From positions 288,001 to 352,000 of the forward strand of contig CAWJIM010000023.1 of NCBI GenBank assembly GCA_963842945.1: 64,000 nt of DNA, in the 5' to 3' direction. A program made the position numbers and the translations under genes. Below, piece after piece: positions 30,115 through 39,201 of the stretch. Numbering within the stretch: position 1 is the stretch's first letter; the number at the start of each line of letters is the position of its first letter. Source of the DNA: an uncultured Gemmatimonadales bacterium (GTDB taxonomy: Bacteria; Gemmatimonadota; Gemmatimonadetes; Gemmatimonadales; GWC2-71-9). A model generated the notes under the pieces. That model was not told the DNA's origin. It was given only the letters and a program-made list of their open reading frames with translations, and ran no database searches.

Positions 30115-31518
30115 ATGGCCACAAAGGTCGTCATGGAGGCCCTCTCTCCCACCATGGAAGAGGGGCGTCTGGTCGAATGGAAAAAGCAGGAGGGCGAGCC
30201 GGTTACCGTCGGCGATGTCCTGGCTGAGGTCGAGACTGACAAGGCGGTGATGGAGTTGGTGGCCCGCGCCGGCGGGACGCTGCTCAAGCACATCGTCGAG
30301 GCCGGAGCCACGGTTCCGGTGTCGGAGCCCGTGGCGGTGATTGGGGAGCCGGGAGAGGACGGGGGGGAAGTGGGGAAGCAGGGAGGCGGGGATGGTGGGA
30401 AGCGAGACGGCGGGGCCGCGGGGCAGCGGGACGGCGGGGCAGATGGACAGCGCGCCGGCAAAACGCAGTCTCAACCGGCCCGATCACAGGCGACCCAGCC
30501 TGCCCCAGCTCGGGATCAGCCCACATCCATGCCGCCGGCCCCCCCAGCTCGGGCCGCGACCGAGACGTCCGGGGCGGTGGCCCAACCGTCTCCTGCTGCA
30601 CGCACCGCCGGTTCCCCGGCAGCAGCGGGAGGTCGGGTCAAGGCATCGCCTCTGGCCAAGCGAATGGCCGCTGAGCGTGGGGTCGATCTTACTGCGCTGG
30701 CCGGCTCCGGTCCGGAAGGACGGATCATTGCACGAGATCTAGCCAGTATGCCCGAGGCCACCTCCGGCGCAGTGGCCCCCGCATCCCTGCCCCGCCGCCC
30801 CGCCGCCCCGCTCACACCCTATACAGATGTTCCCCTCACTCAGATCCGAAAGACCATCGCCCGGCGTCTGGCCCAATCCATCGGGCCCATTCCCACGTTC
30901 TATCTCACCAGCGAAGTAGACATGGAACGGCTCTGGGACTCGAGGGAAGCGCTGGCGGCCGGGCAGCGCGGCGGCGGTGAAGCGGGACAGCAGGTCAAGG
31001 TCTCGTTCAACGACATCATCATCAAGGCGGTGGCCATGGCTCTCCGCCAGCACCCGGCGTGCAATGCCTGGTGGCAGGAGGACCATATCCGCTACTGGAA
31101 CGAAGTCCACGTCAGCATGGCTGTCGCGATCGAGGAGGGGCTCATCACGCCGGTGATCCGGCATGCCGATCAAAAGGGGTTGCGGGAGATTGCCGCGGAA
31201 ACGAGGGACTTGGCCGGCCGGGCACGCGAGCGGCGGCTCAAACCTGAGGAGTACACCGGTGGCACCTTCTCCGTCTCCAATCTGGGCATGCTGGACATCG
31301 ACGAGTTCACCGCGGTAATCAATCCGCCGGAAGCGGGAATTCTGGCGGTGGGTCGGATCGTGCGGAAGCCGGTAGCCGAACAGGAGCAGGTGGTCCTGCG
31401 CCGGCGCATGCGCATCACCATGTCGTGCGACCACCGGGTGATCGACGGGGCCACGGGTGCGCAGTTTCTCCAGACCTTGAAGGGGATGCTGGAAAATCCG
31501 CTGGCGCTGGTGTGGTAA
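30115..31518 (+). CDS. pdhC: Dihydrolipoamide acetyltransferase E2
   Basis: Lipoyl domain VETDKA, binding domain ASPLAKR..GSGPEGRI, catalytic DHRVIDG. Confidence 0.96.
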   Translation: MATKVVMEALSPTMEEGRLVEWKKQEGEPVTVGDVLAEVETDKAVMELVARAGGTLLKHIVEAGATVPVSEPVAVIGEPGEDGGEVGKQGGGDGGKRDGGAAGQRDGGADGQRAGKTQSQPARSQATQPAPARDQPTSMPPAPPARAATETSGAVAQPSPAARTAGSPAAAGGRVKASPLAKRMAAERGVDLTALAGSGPEGRIIARDLASMPEATSGAVAPASLPRRPAAPLTPYTDVPLTQIRKTIARRLAQSIGPIPTFYLTSEVDMERLWDSREALAAGQRGGGEAGQQVKVSFNDIIIKAVAMALRQHPACNAWWQEDHIRYWNEVHVSMAVAIEEGLITPVIRHADQKGLREIAAETRDLAGRARERRLKPEEYTGGTFSVSNLGMLDIDEFTAVINPPEAGILAVGRIVRKPVAEQEQVVLRRRMRITMSCDHRVIDGATGAQFLQTLKGMLENPLALVW

Positions 31519-31521
31519 AAG

Positions 31522-31600
31522 CGTGAACAGTAAACGGTCAACAGTGAACGGGGCCTGCGATCTGGACAGCCCGTTTACTGTTCACCGTTCACCGTTCACG
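31522..31600. repeat. Inverted pair of heptamer tandem arrays
   Basis: GTGAACA-GTAAACG-GTCAACA-GTGAACG, spacer, then CGTTTAC-TGTTCAC-(CGTTCAC)2. Confidence 0.85.
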
Positions 31601-31625
31601 CTTTTTCTAACCGAAGAGGGAGTCC

Positions 31626-33023
31626 GTGGCAAATACGTACGACGTGATCATCGTTGGCGGAGGACCGGCAGGCTATGTCTGCGCCATCCGGGCGGCCCAG
31701 CTCGGCCTTGCTACGGCCGTCATCGAGCGAGACAAGCTCGGAGGGGTATGCGTCAACATCGGCTGCATCCCCACCAAGGCGCTGCTGCACAGCGCGTATG
31801 TCGCCAACCTCGTGAGTCACGATGCCAAGGAACTGGGTGTCGAGGTCGGGACCGTTAAGACCGACTACGGTGTCGCCATGCGTCGTTCCCGCCGGGTCTC
31901 GGAGCAGAACTCCAAGGGCGTCGAGTTTCTCATGAAGAAGCACAAGGTTGCCGTGATCAAGGGCAGCGGCGTGCTCGGGCCCAATCGCACAGTCAAGGTG
32001 GGCAAGGACGAGTATCAGGCCAAGAAAGCGCTGGTCATCGCCACCGGATCCCGAGTCAAGGGCATACCTCAAATCGGCCTCGAGATCGACAAGAACTCAG
32101 TGATCAGCTCGGATGAAGCGCTCTTCCTGGAGAAGACGCCTGCCAGCATGGCCATCGTGGGGGCCGGTGCGGTCGGCTGCGAGTTCGCCGACATCTTCCA
32201 CGCGTTCGGCACCAAGGTCACCTTGATCGAGGTGCTTCCGCGGATCCTTCCCCTGGAAGACGTCGAAGCCTCCGACGCCCTGACCAAGAGCTACAAGAAG
32301 CGTGGAATCGAGGTGCGGGCGGGCGTCAAGGTCAAGAAGGCCACTGTCGGCAAGGACAAGGTGTCGCTCGAGCTGGAGAGCAACGGGAAAAGCGAGTCCA
32401 TCCAGGCCGAGAAGGTGCTGATGGCCGCGGGCCGGGCGGTGAATACGGAGAATCTGGGGCTGAAGGAGGCGGGCGTGCAGCTCACCGACCGCGGCTTCAT
32501 CAAGGTGAACCCGGCGACGCTGGAGACCAGCGCGGCGGGCATCTACGCCATCGGCGACGTGGCCGGTCCGCCGATGCTGGCCCACAAGGGCAGCCGCGAG
32601 GGTATCGTGGTGGCCGAGCTGGTGGCCGGCCATCACCCGCAGCCGATCATGTACGACAACGTGCCCAGCGTCACCTACTGCCACCCGGAGGTGGCCAGCA
32701 TCGGGCTGACCGAAGATCAAGCCAAAGAGCGCAAGCTGGACTACCAGGTCGGACGCTTTCCCTTCAGCGCCAATGGCCGAGCCCGCACCGCGAATGAGAC
32801 CGAAGGGTTCGTGAAGATCATCCGGGACCGGAAGTACGGCGAAATCCTGGGAGCTCACATCGTCGGCAGCCACGCTTCCGAGATCATCCACGAACTGGCC
32901 GTGGCCCGGCAGAACGAATACACCGTCGAGGAAGTGGATCTGGCCATCCACGCGCACCCCACCCTGTCCGAAGCGATCGCCGAAGCGGCCCTCGATTCGA
33001 TGGGGCGGGTGCTCCACATCTAG
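31626..33023 (+). CDS. lpdA: Dihydrolipoyl dehydrogenase E3
   Basis: GGGPAGY, GGVCVNIGCIPTK and HAHPTLSE motifs. Confidence 0.97.
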   Translation: MANTYDVIIVGGGPAGYVCAIRAAQLGLATAVIERDKLGGVCVNIGCIPTKALLHSAYVANLVSHDAKELGVEVGTVKTDYGVAMRRSRRVSEQNSKGVEFLMKKHKVAVIKGSGVLGPNRTVKVGKDEYQAKKALVIATGSRVKGIPQIGLEIDKNSVISSDEALFLEKTPASMAIVGAGAVGCEFADIFHAFGTKVTLIEVLPRILPLEDVEASDALTKSYKKRGIEVRAGVKVKKATVGKDKVSLELESNGKSESIQAEKVLMAAGRAVNTENLGLKEAGVQLTDRGFIKVNPATLETSAAGIYAIGDVAGPPMLAHKGSREGIVVAELVAGHHPQPIMYDNVPSVTYCHPEVASIGLTEDQAKERKLDYQVGRFPFSANGRARTANETEGFVKIIRDRKYGEILGAHIVGSHASEIIHELAVARQNEYTVEEVDLAIHAHPTLSEAIAEAALDSMGRVLHI

Positions 33024-33043
33024 GCCGGACGAACCGAGGGCGA

Positions 33044-33444
33044 GTGAGCGGTCCTTTTGCTTTCGTCGTGAGCGGCGTTGGGGCCGGCGCGTTGACTGGC
33101 CTGGCCATCATCAGCGGGATCGTTCTGGGCGTGGACTCGCTTCGTTCCGGCAGTCAGGCTCCCCACGCTGAATGCCTCGTTCTACCTGCTGGTGGTCGGA
33201 ACGCTCGCCGGGATTCTCGCAGCCGCGTTCTCCGCCTGGCGCTTGCTGGCGCCGGTCGGATCGGCTTACCGCCGGGGGGCCCTATCGATCGTTTGCTCCT
33301 TCGCCACCGTCCTGCTCATGCTGGTCTGCATCCCCGTCCATCAGCTGCTCGGCCGCATCGGCTTGCTCTGCCTCATAATCATCTCCGGTACTGACCGCTG
33401 CGCTCCTCGCGCATCGGGCCAGGCGTTTGGCGGTCGGCTCATGA
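33044..33444 (+). CDS. Hypothetical membrane protein (frameshifted)
   Basis: Hydrophobic segments split over frames 33044 and 33192; stop overlaps the lipB ATG. Confidence 0.5.
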
Positions 33445-34123
33445 GTCGCCGGCTGGTCGTGCAGGAGCTGGGCATCGAGGCCCTATGCCGAGGTGCTGGA
33501 GCTGCAGCGAAGCCTGGCCCGCCAGCGTATCACCGGGGAGCTGGCACGACGACCTGCTGCTTCTGGTCGAGCACGAGCCGGTGGTCACGCTGGGTCGCGG
33601 AACCCGTCCCCAGAGCCTCCGCCGCTCAGTGCGGCCGACTTGAGCCGCCGCGGCGTTCAGCAGTATCGAGGTCGAGCGAGGCGGAGATGCCACCTTCCAT
33701 GGTCCCGGACAACTGGTCGGGTACCCCATTCTCGACTTGCGGGAGTACCGGGAAGACCTGCACTGGTATCTGCGCACGCTGGAGGAAGCGCTGATCCGAG
33801 GGCTCGATGCGCTGGGTATTGCCGCGGCCCGGAATCCCGGGTTGACGGGGGTCTGGACCAGAGGCCGGAAGATCGCGAGCATCGGCATCCACGTGAAGCA
33901 GTGGGTGACCTTCCATGGTTTTGCCCTGAACATCAATACCGACCTGTCCTACTTCGATCTGATCGTTCCCTGCGGAATTCAAGACGTTGTCATGACAAGC
34001 GTTGCGATGGAGCTCGGACGCACCGACGCGGCCCTTTGGAGTGAGACCCGCCGGGCTGTGGTGGAGGGATTTGCCCGGGCCTTTGATGCCGCCCCGGTCG
34101 AGCCTTCATCGTCGCTGATATAG
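33441..34123 (+). CDS. lipB: Lipoyl(octanoyl) transferase (several frameshifts)
   Basis: LLLVEHEPVVTLGR, ERGGDATFHGPGQLVGYP, KIASIG, TFHGFALN, IVPCG across frames. Confidence 0.9.
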
Positions 34124-34173
34124 CCCACCGGCCCCGGTTGCCTTTAGGGGAGCAATCAGCTTTTCTCCCTAAC

Positions 34174-34725
34174 ATGTCTGATTCGTCCCGCCGGCCCTCC
34201 CCGGATGCCCAGGCCGAGCAGCGGATCCGGGAGATTCTCCGGGCCGCAGACAGCTGGTCCCGAGAGGCGCCCCGGTCCCTGATGCCTCCCATCAGGGCGG
34301 TATGTATCCGTTTGGCGGAAATGGTGGCGGATCAGCGACACTACCTCGCCCCGCTGCCGGAGCCTCAGGAAACCGAGCGCCGCACCGTGTTGTCGCTGGT
34401 AGCGGACCGGCTTCGGTCAAAGCCGGTGATGGAAGGCGTGGAGCATCACTTGAAGGAGTTGGAGGAGCTGGAGCTGCGCTCGACCGGGTCGTGGGCTGTG
34501 GTGGCCACCGCCCAGACGGAGTGGATCACGACGGCGATCCGCTACCTGGAGAGCTGCGCCGGACGACTCCCACCGGGCGAGCGGCCCGATCCCTACTGGG
34601 CGGACGACGTGGTGGCCGGGATTATCGCGTCAGTCAGGGCGCTCATCGGGGTCGACGAGCTGCACGCCCGCACCGAGGCGCGCTATTCCGGGCCGATCAA
34701 GCGGATCTCACCGGACGAGGAGTAG
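34174..34725 (+). CDS. Hypothetical helical protein
   Basis: ~183-aa ORF with coding-like composition filling the gap. Confidence 0.55.
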   Translation: MSDSSRRPSPDAQAEQRIREILRAADSWSREAPRSLMPPIRAVCIRLAEMVADQRHYLAPLPEPQETERRTVLSLVADRLRSKPVMEGVEHHLKELEELELRSTGSWAVVATAQTEWITTAIRYLESCAGRLPPGERPDPYWADDVVAGIIASVRALIGVDELHARTEARYSGPIKRISPDEE

Positions 34726-36094
34726 GGCTTCCCGCCCCCGATCGGGCAAACATCTCGAAAAACCGTCCGAAGATTTCAATCCCGCTCCACAATTGCGACA
34801 GATCCAGCTTCTCGTTGGGGGAGTGCAGCCCATCGTCCGGCAATCCGATGCCGGTCAGAATGACCGGCGCGCCGGTGAGGCCAAGCTCCGGGACGATCGG
34901 GATGGAGCCACCGGACCGGATCTGCACGGCGGTTCGGCCCACCACCGACTCGAAGGCCTGATTCAAGACATCGAACGCCGGCGCGCTGACGTCGACCTGT
35001 ACCGGATCGCCCCCATGCAGCAGGTTGACCTTGGCGTCGGCCCATTTGGGTGCTAGCCCGGCAACTGCGCGCTCGAGCGCCTGCCCCACTTTTTCGAGCT
35101 CCTGGCCCGGCACCAATCGCAAGCTCACCTTTGCGGTAGCCTGGGCCGGGATTACGGTCTTGGCTCCCTCGCCGACGAAGCCCCCGCGGATTCCGTGGAT
35201 CTCGAACGTCGGCAGCGCCCAGACCCGCTCGAGCACCGTGTAGTCCTTGAGCCCGGTGAGCGCCTTTCCGGTGACCTCTCCTCGCATGAAACCCTCCCGG
35301 TCGAAGGGCAAGCGCTTCCAGGTGGCAAGCTCGGTTTCGCTGGGAGGCTTGACGGCTTCGTAGAGCCCCGGGATGCGGATCTCTCCGGTTTCCGACTTGA
35401 GCTGGCAGAGGATACGGGTGAGTGTCTCTATCGCATTGGGAGCCACGCCTCCGTAGCTGCCGGAGTGAAGATCCCGCTCGAGAGTCCGCACTGAGATTTC
35501 GGCGTAGCAGATTCCGCGCAGGGCGGTGTACACAGCTGGAAGCTCAGGGCCGTAGAATGACATGTCGCACACCAGCGCCGCATCGGCCCGGGTGCGCTCG
35601 GGCTCCCGGTGCAGCAGATCATAGATCACCTTGCCGCCGGACTCCTCCTCTCCTTCGAAGATGAAGTGCACGTTCAGCGGCGGCTGACCTCGGGCATCCA
35701 ATACAGCCTGGTACGCCTTGAGCAGGCAGTACACTTGTCCCTTGTCGTCAGACGCGCCTCGGGCAAAGAGCTTTCCGTCCCGGATGGTAGGGCTGAACGG
35801 CGGAGTGAGCCATTCATCCAGGGGATCCGGCGGCTGTACGTCGTAGTGTCCGTAGATCAGGAGGGTCGGCTTTCCTGGCAGCTTGGGGCTTTCGGCCCAG
35901 ACCACCGGATGACCCGGTCCCTCGATGATCTGCACCACGGGACAGCCGAGTTCCGTCAACTGATGCTTGAGCCATTCCGCCGCGCGTCGACAATCGGCGG
36001 TGTGGGCCGGCAGCGCGCTGACACTGGGGATGGCCAGAAACTCGGAGAGCTCCTGAATCAGCCGTGGCCGGTTCGAAACGAGGTCCTGGTTCAT
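34697..36094 (-). CDS. M20 family dipeptidase
   Basis: YGHYDVQP, ARGASDDKG, EGEEESG, DLHSG.YGG and HSPNEK motifs. Confidence 0.92.
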   Translation of the reverse strand: MNQDLVSNRPRLIQELSEFLAIPSVSALPAHTADCRRAAEWLKHQLTELGCPVVQIIEGPGHPVVWAESPKLPGKPTLLIYGHYDVQPPDPLDEWLTPPFSPTIRDGKLFARGASDDKGQVYCLLKAYQAVLDARGQPPLNVHFIFEGEEESGGKVIYDLLHREPERTRADAALVCDMSFYGPELPAVYTALRGICYAEISVRTLERDLHSGSYGGVAPNAIETLTRILCQLKSETGEIRIPGLYEAVKPPSETELATWKRLPFDREGFMRGEVTGKALTGLKDYTVLERVWALPTFEIHGIRGGFVGEGAKTVIPAQATAKVSLRLVPGQELEKVGQALERAVAGLAPKWADAKVNLLHGGDPVQVDVSAPAFDVLNQAFESVVGRTAVQIRSGGSIPIVPELGLTGAPVILTGIGLPDDGLHSPNEKLDLSQLWSGIEIFGRFFEMFARSGAGSPTPRPVRSA

Positions 36095-36107
36095 ATGAGA
36101 TCCCGGG

Positions 36108-37178
36108 TTAACGATGTTCTCCCACGGCGCGCCCCAGACGGGCGTACGCGCTGTCACCCTCTACTCCAGACATCAGCTCCTTCAGAGCGCTGACGCTCCG
36201 GCGAATGTCCTGGCCGTGCTGCTGGTACCATCGCTCAAACAGATCGAGCCGCGTGCGGTAGATCCGAGCCCCAATCAGGCGGGCGTTATTGATCGGCCGG
36301 TCCGATAGCCGCCCCACTCGCAGAGTACGGAGCCGTTGTCCGACGGGCCCCTCGAGCTCAGCGCGGGCCCAGGCCGCGGCCTCCCGCCTGCCCTGCTCCA
36401 GCGCCGCGGAATCAGGTTTGGTGGCGTAGAGGATTTCCAGCCGATCGACCAGGGACGCGTAGTAGTCACCCAGCACCATCTCGTCGTGCCAGCGATCGGC
36501 CGCCTGAGTCGCTCCTGCCCGATCTCCCCTCTCCTGAAAGAATGCCTCCGCCGACCGGTAGCCTACCAGCTGCGCAAAGCTCTCGTTGAATGGAGTGGCG
36601 CTCTTTACGTACAGGGTGTTGTGGGCGATTTCATGAAACACGGTTGCGGCGAGCTCCACCGAATCCGGTGTCAGCGCGGTGGAGAGGAGCGGGTCGTTGA
36701 ACCAGCCCAGGGTGGAGAAGGCGCCGGAGGGTCGGAGGTAGGTGTCGAAGCCGCGGGCGGCAAAGCGGGATTCCTCGCGGCGAGCGGCCTCGGCGTCGAA
36801 GAACCCCTTGTAGGGAATTCGTCCCACCACCGGGTACTTCCAGGTGTAGGGACAGATGCAGTCCCTGGGTGCGGCCTGAAGGACCAGCAGCAGGGTGTCT
36901 CGACCCACATCGGCGTAGGTGGTGTAGGTCTCTTTGGCTTCGAGCCCCAGCCGGGCTGCATAGTCTCGCGCATCGAGCACCAGCCGCAGCGAACGACGCA
37001 CTGCCGGATCGACCGCACTGTCTCGCGCCATGCGGCCGATGGGCTGCCTGGACTTGAGAATCCGGGTCTCCTCGAATCCCGCCCGAGTCAGGTAACGGAC
37101 ATCGTCGCTAGCCAGGTAGGCGGTGCCATATCCGGCGAACAGAGCAGCCACCATCACGAAGAAGACCATGCGCCTCAA
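36108..37178 (-). CDS. Putative zinc aminopeptidase
   Basis: W.YPVVGR.PYKGFF, AFSTLGWFNDP, FHEIAH and FNESFA motifs. Confidence 0.85.
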   Translation of the reverse strand: MRRMVFFVMVAALFAGYGTAYLASDDVRYLTRAGFEETRILKSRQPIGRMARDSAVDPAVRRSLRLVLDARDYAARLGLEAKETYTTYADVGRDTLLLVLQAAPRDCICPYTWKYPVVGRIPYKGFFDAEAARREESRFAARGFDTYLRPSGAFSTLGWFNDPLLSTALTPDSVELAATVFHEIAHNTLYVKSATPFNESFAQLVGYRSAEAFFQERGDRAGATQAADRWHDEMVLGDYYASLVDRLEILYATKPDSAALEQGRREAAAWARAELEGPVGQRLRTLRVGRLSDRPINNARLIGARIYRTRLDLFERWYQQHGQDIRRSVSALKELMSGVEGDSAYARLGRAVGEHR

Positions 37179-38839
37179 CGAATCCGGACCAGCGCAATTC
37201 GAGGCACAATCGACGTGGGCAATGCGGCGCCGGCCGTGCCGGTTACTCTCAGGTCGACTGCCGCCGCATTCGGCTGTTGGACCACGAGGACGTGGTGGCC
37301 GGACCCGGCGCGCAATGTCCCGCTGTGGCCGTACGCGGTGCCGTCGGTGTTGTCGGGCACCAAGGGAAATCCTCCGTTTAGGTCCCCCACCTCACGGAAG
37401 TTCCAGCTGGTGTAGCTCAGCCGGCTACCATCGGGAGAAAACCCAGGCAGGTCGTCCAGATAGTTGGTGAGCTGCCATTCACCCACCAGGGTGGAGAAGT
37501 CCACGCCGGTCCGTGCAGTCACGTTGGCGCTGCCCACCTGACTGGTCGCGAGCAGGTTTCGGGTGAGCACGGTTCCGAGCACGGTGCTCCCCCCGAAATG
37601 ATCGGCGAGCCAGCGAACGAAGAGCCAGTTGGCGCCGCGTTCCTCCAGCTGGCCGGTCGAACTACCCGGCTCGATTAGGTAGAAATCTTCGGGCGAGGCC
37701 AGATACTCCAGCGCGTTGAGCAGGTTTCCCTGGCTCAGGAACTCCTCTTCGCAGGAGGTGGCCGACGGGCACTGCACATCAGGGACCTCCCGCGCGCCCA
37801 ACTCCTCGGCAAAGTGCGACAGACCCTCGTTCAGCCAAGTGTCCTCCGAGCTTCCGTGCCGCAGCAGCACGTGCTGGTTGAAGCTGATCATGTGCTGAAA
37901 TTCGTGGATGAACGTAGCCGGCAGCTTGCTGGTGGCCTCGTCCTTCGAGACCTGGCAGCGGGAATTGTTGACGTCGGGAACCAGGCCGTAGAACACCTCC
38001 CCGTCGTTGGACCCGGGATTACTGGGCCCCGGGGGCAGCAGATCGGCACCGAAGAAGTAACCCAGGATGATTCGCCCGGTGCTGCTGCAGTCCGGACTGA
38101 GCGCGTTCACCAGCTGGGTCAGCAGAACGACCACTACGCCATTCCCGTCCACATCCGACTCTCGGCCGAAGGCCACCGTATCGATAGGATAGAGGTACTG
38201 GTCGAAGAGGGTCCGCACTTGGTCGAGGTCGCCGTCGGTGTATCCACCGTCCGGCGCAGCATTGTCGACGTAAATCGCGACCCGGGCGCCCACCGATCGG
38301 GCCGTAGCCGTCGACTGAGTGAACCCGGTGCAGCTCGAGGAGGCGCAGACATTGAACGTGCGTTGATCGCCGACGACAGGAGGAGCCTCCTGCGCAGCAA
38401 TGCGCGCCTGGTCGAAGAGCGCCCGGGAACCATCTTCCGCCAAGGACTTCTCCCGGGCGCGCAGCAGACTGTGGAATGCTTCGGCGGCCATCGGGGCCTG
38501 AAAAGCGGAGAGCCGAGGTGCCGGCAACTGAGGCGCAGAGGCCATGGGAACCGCTGTCCCGCTCAGCAGATAGGGGGCGGAAACTCCATCCGGCGTCTCC
38601 TGGCCGGCCGTGGCAAGGGGAATATATAGATGCTCCGCTCCGCTCGAGCCCGCCGCCGGAAGCCGCACGCAGGCACCGGTCGAGTTCGGATCCAGAATCT
38701 CGTATTCCCCAACCTGGAGGGTCCGGGTGCTCGCCTCAGAGCAGTCCAGGGAAGGCGGGACGCCCGGCCCCGTGCTGTCGCCACAGCCGGCCAGGATGGC
38801 TCCATAGAGCACAAGGAAGAAAGAGCGCGAATTTCGCAC
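37175..38839 (-). CDS. M30-like zinc metallopeptidase lipoprotein
   Basis: Lipobox LAGC; FGRESDVDGNG, GYF...DL, HEFQHMI, WLNEGLS. Confidence 0.8.
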   Translation of the reverse strand: MRNSRSFFLVLYGAILAGCGDSTGPGVPPSLDCSEASTRTLQVGEYEILDPNSTGACVRLPAAGSSGAEHLYIPLATAGQETPDGVSAPYLLSGTAVPMASAPQLPAPRLSAFQAPMAAEAFHSLLRAREKSLAEDGSRALFDQARIAAQEAPPVVGDQRTFNVCASSSCTGFTQSTATARSVGARVAIYVDNAAPDGGYTDGDLDQVRTLFDQYLYPIDTVAFGRESDVDGNGVVVVLLTQLVNALSPDCSSTGRIILGYFFGADLLPPGPSNPGSNDGEVFYGLVPDVNNSRCQVSKDEATSKLPATFIHEFQHMISFNQHVLLRHGSSEDTWLNEGLSHFAEELGAREVPDVQCPSATSCEEEFLSQGNLLNALEYLASPEDFYLIEPGSSTGQLEERGANWLFVRWLADHFGGSTVLGTVLTRNLLATSQVGSANVTARTGVDFSTLVGEWQLTNYLDDLPGFSPDGSRLSYTSWNFREVGDLNGGFPLVPDNTDGTAYGHSGTLRAGSGHHVLVVQQPNAAAVDLRVTGTAGAALPTSIVPRIALVRIR

Positions 38840-38931
38840 TTGCCAACCACTCCACCGGTAGTGAAAGCAGGGAGAACAGGGCACCGGGAGAACCGCGTAG
38901 ATTTTAGCAAGATAAGATGCGGCAACGGCTT

Positions 38932-38960
38932 TTGACAATCGCTTCACCTGCCGGTACTTT
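38932..38960 (+). promoter_or_regulatory. sigma70-type promoter TTGACA-N17-TACTTT upstream of dnaE
   Basis: Consensus -35, 17-nt spacer, -10 retaining TA...T. Confidence 0.7.
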
Positions 38961-39201
38961 CACTCGGTGTCCGAATACATTCGACTGTCGGCGGTCGGGT
39001 TCGGTGCTGACGGATTGGCCGGCTCGCTGGCGACAATCAGGACGCGCTCGACCGCAGATCTTCACCGCCTGGCCCCACTTTTCCCATCGCGCCGCGGGAC
39101 CTTGTTGCCCAGGGCACACCCGCGGCCTGTCCAGTGCACGCGTCGAAACCAGACTGGTGAGCGGCGGGTTGATGAATACTGACTCATGATCCGCGACTGA
39201 T

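Noticed and set aside
29058..31600. CRISPR array
   Set aside because: Units are 7 nt, tandem and without unique spacers; no cas genes seen.
27957..33017. Long antisense ORFs opposite pdhA, pdhB and lpdA (also dnaE, atpA)
   Set aside because: Expected shadow ORFs of high-GC codon usage; no recognisable motifs.
39050..39085. Cobalamin riboswitch on the minus strand (GGGAA...GCGGTGAAGATCTGC)
   Set aside because: The GCCCCCGCAACTGT and B12-box elements are missing, and the downstream gene is a peptidase.
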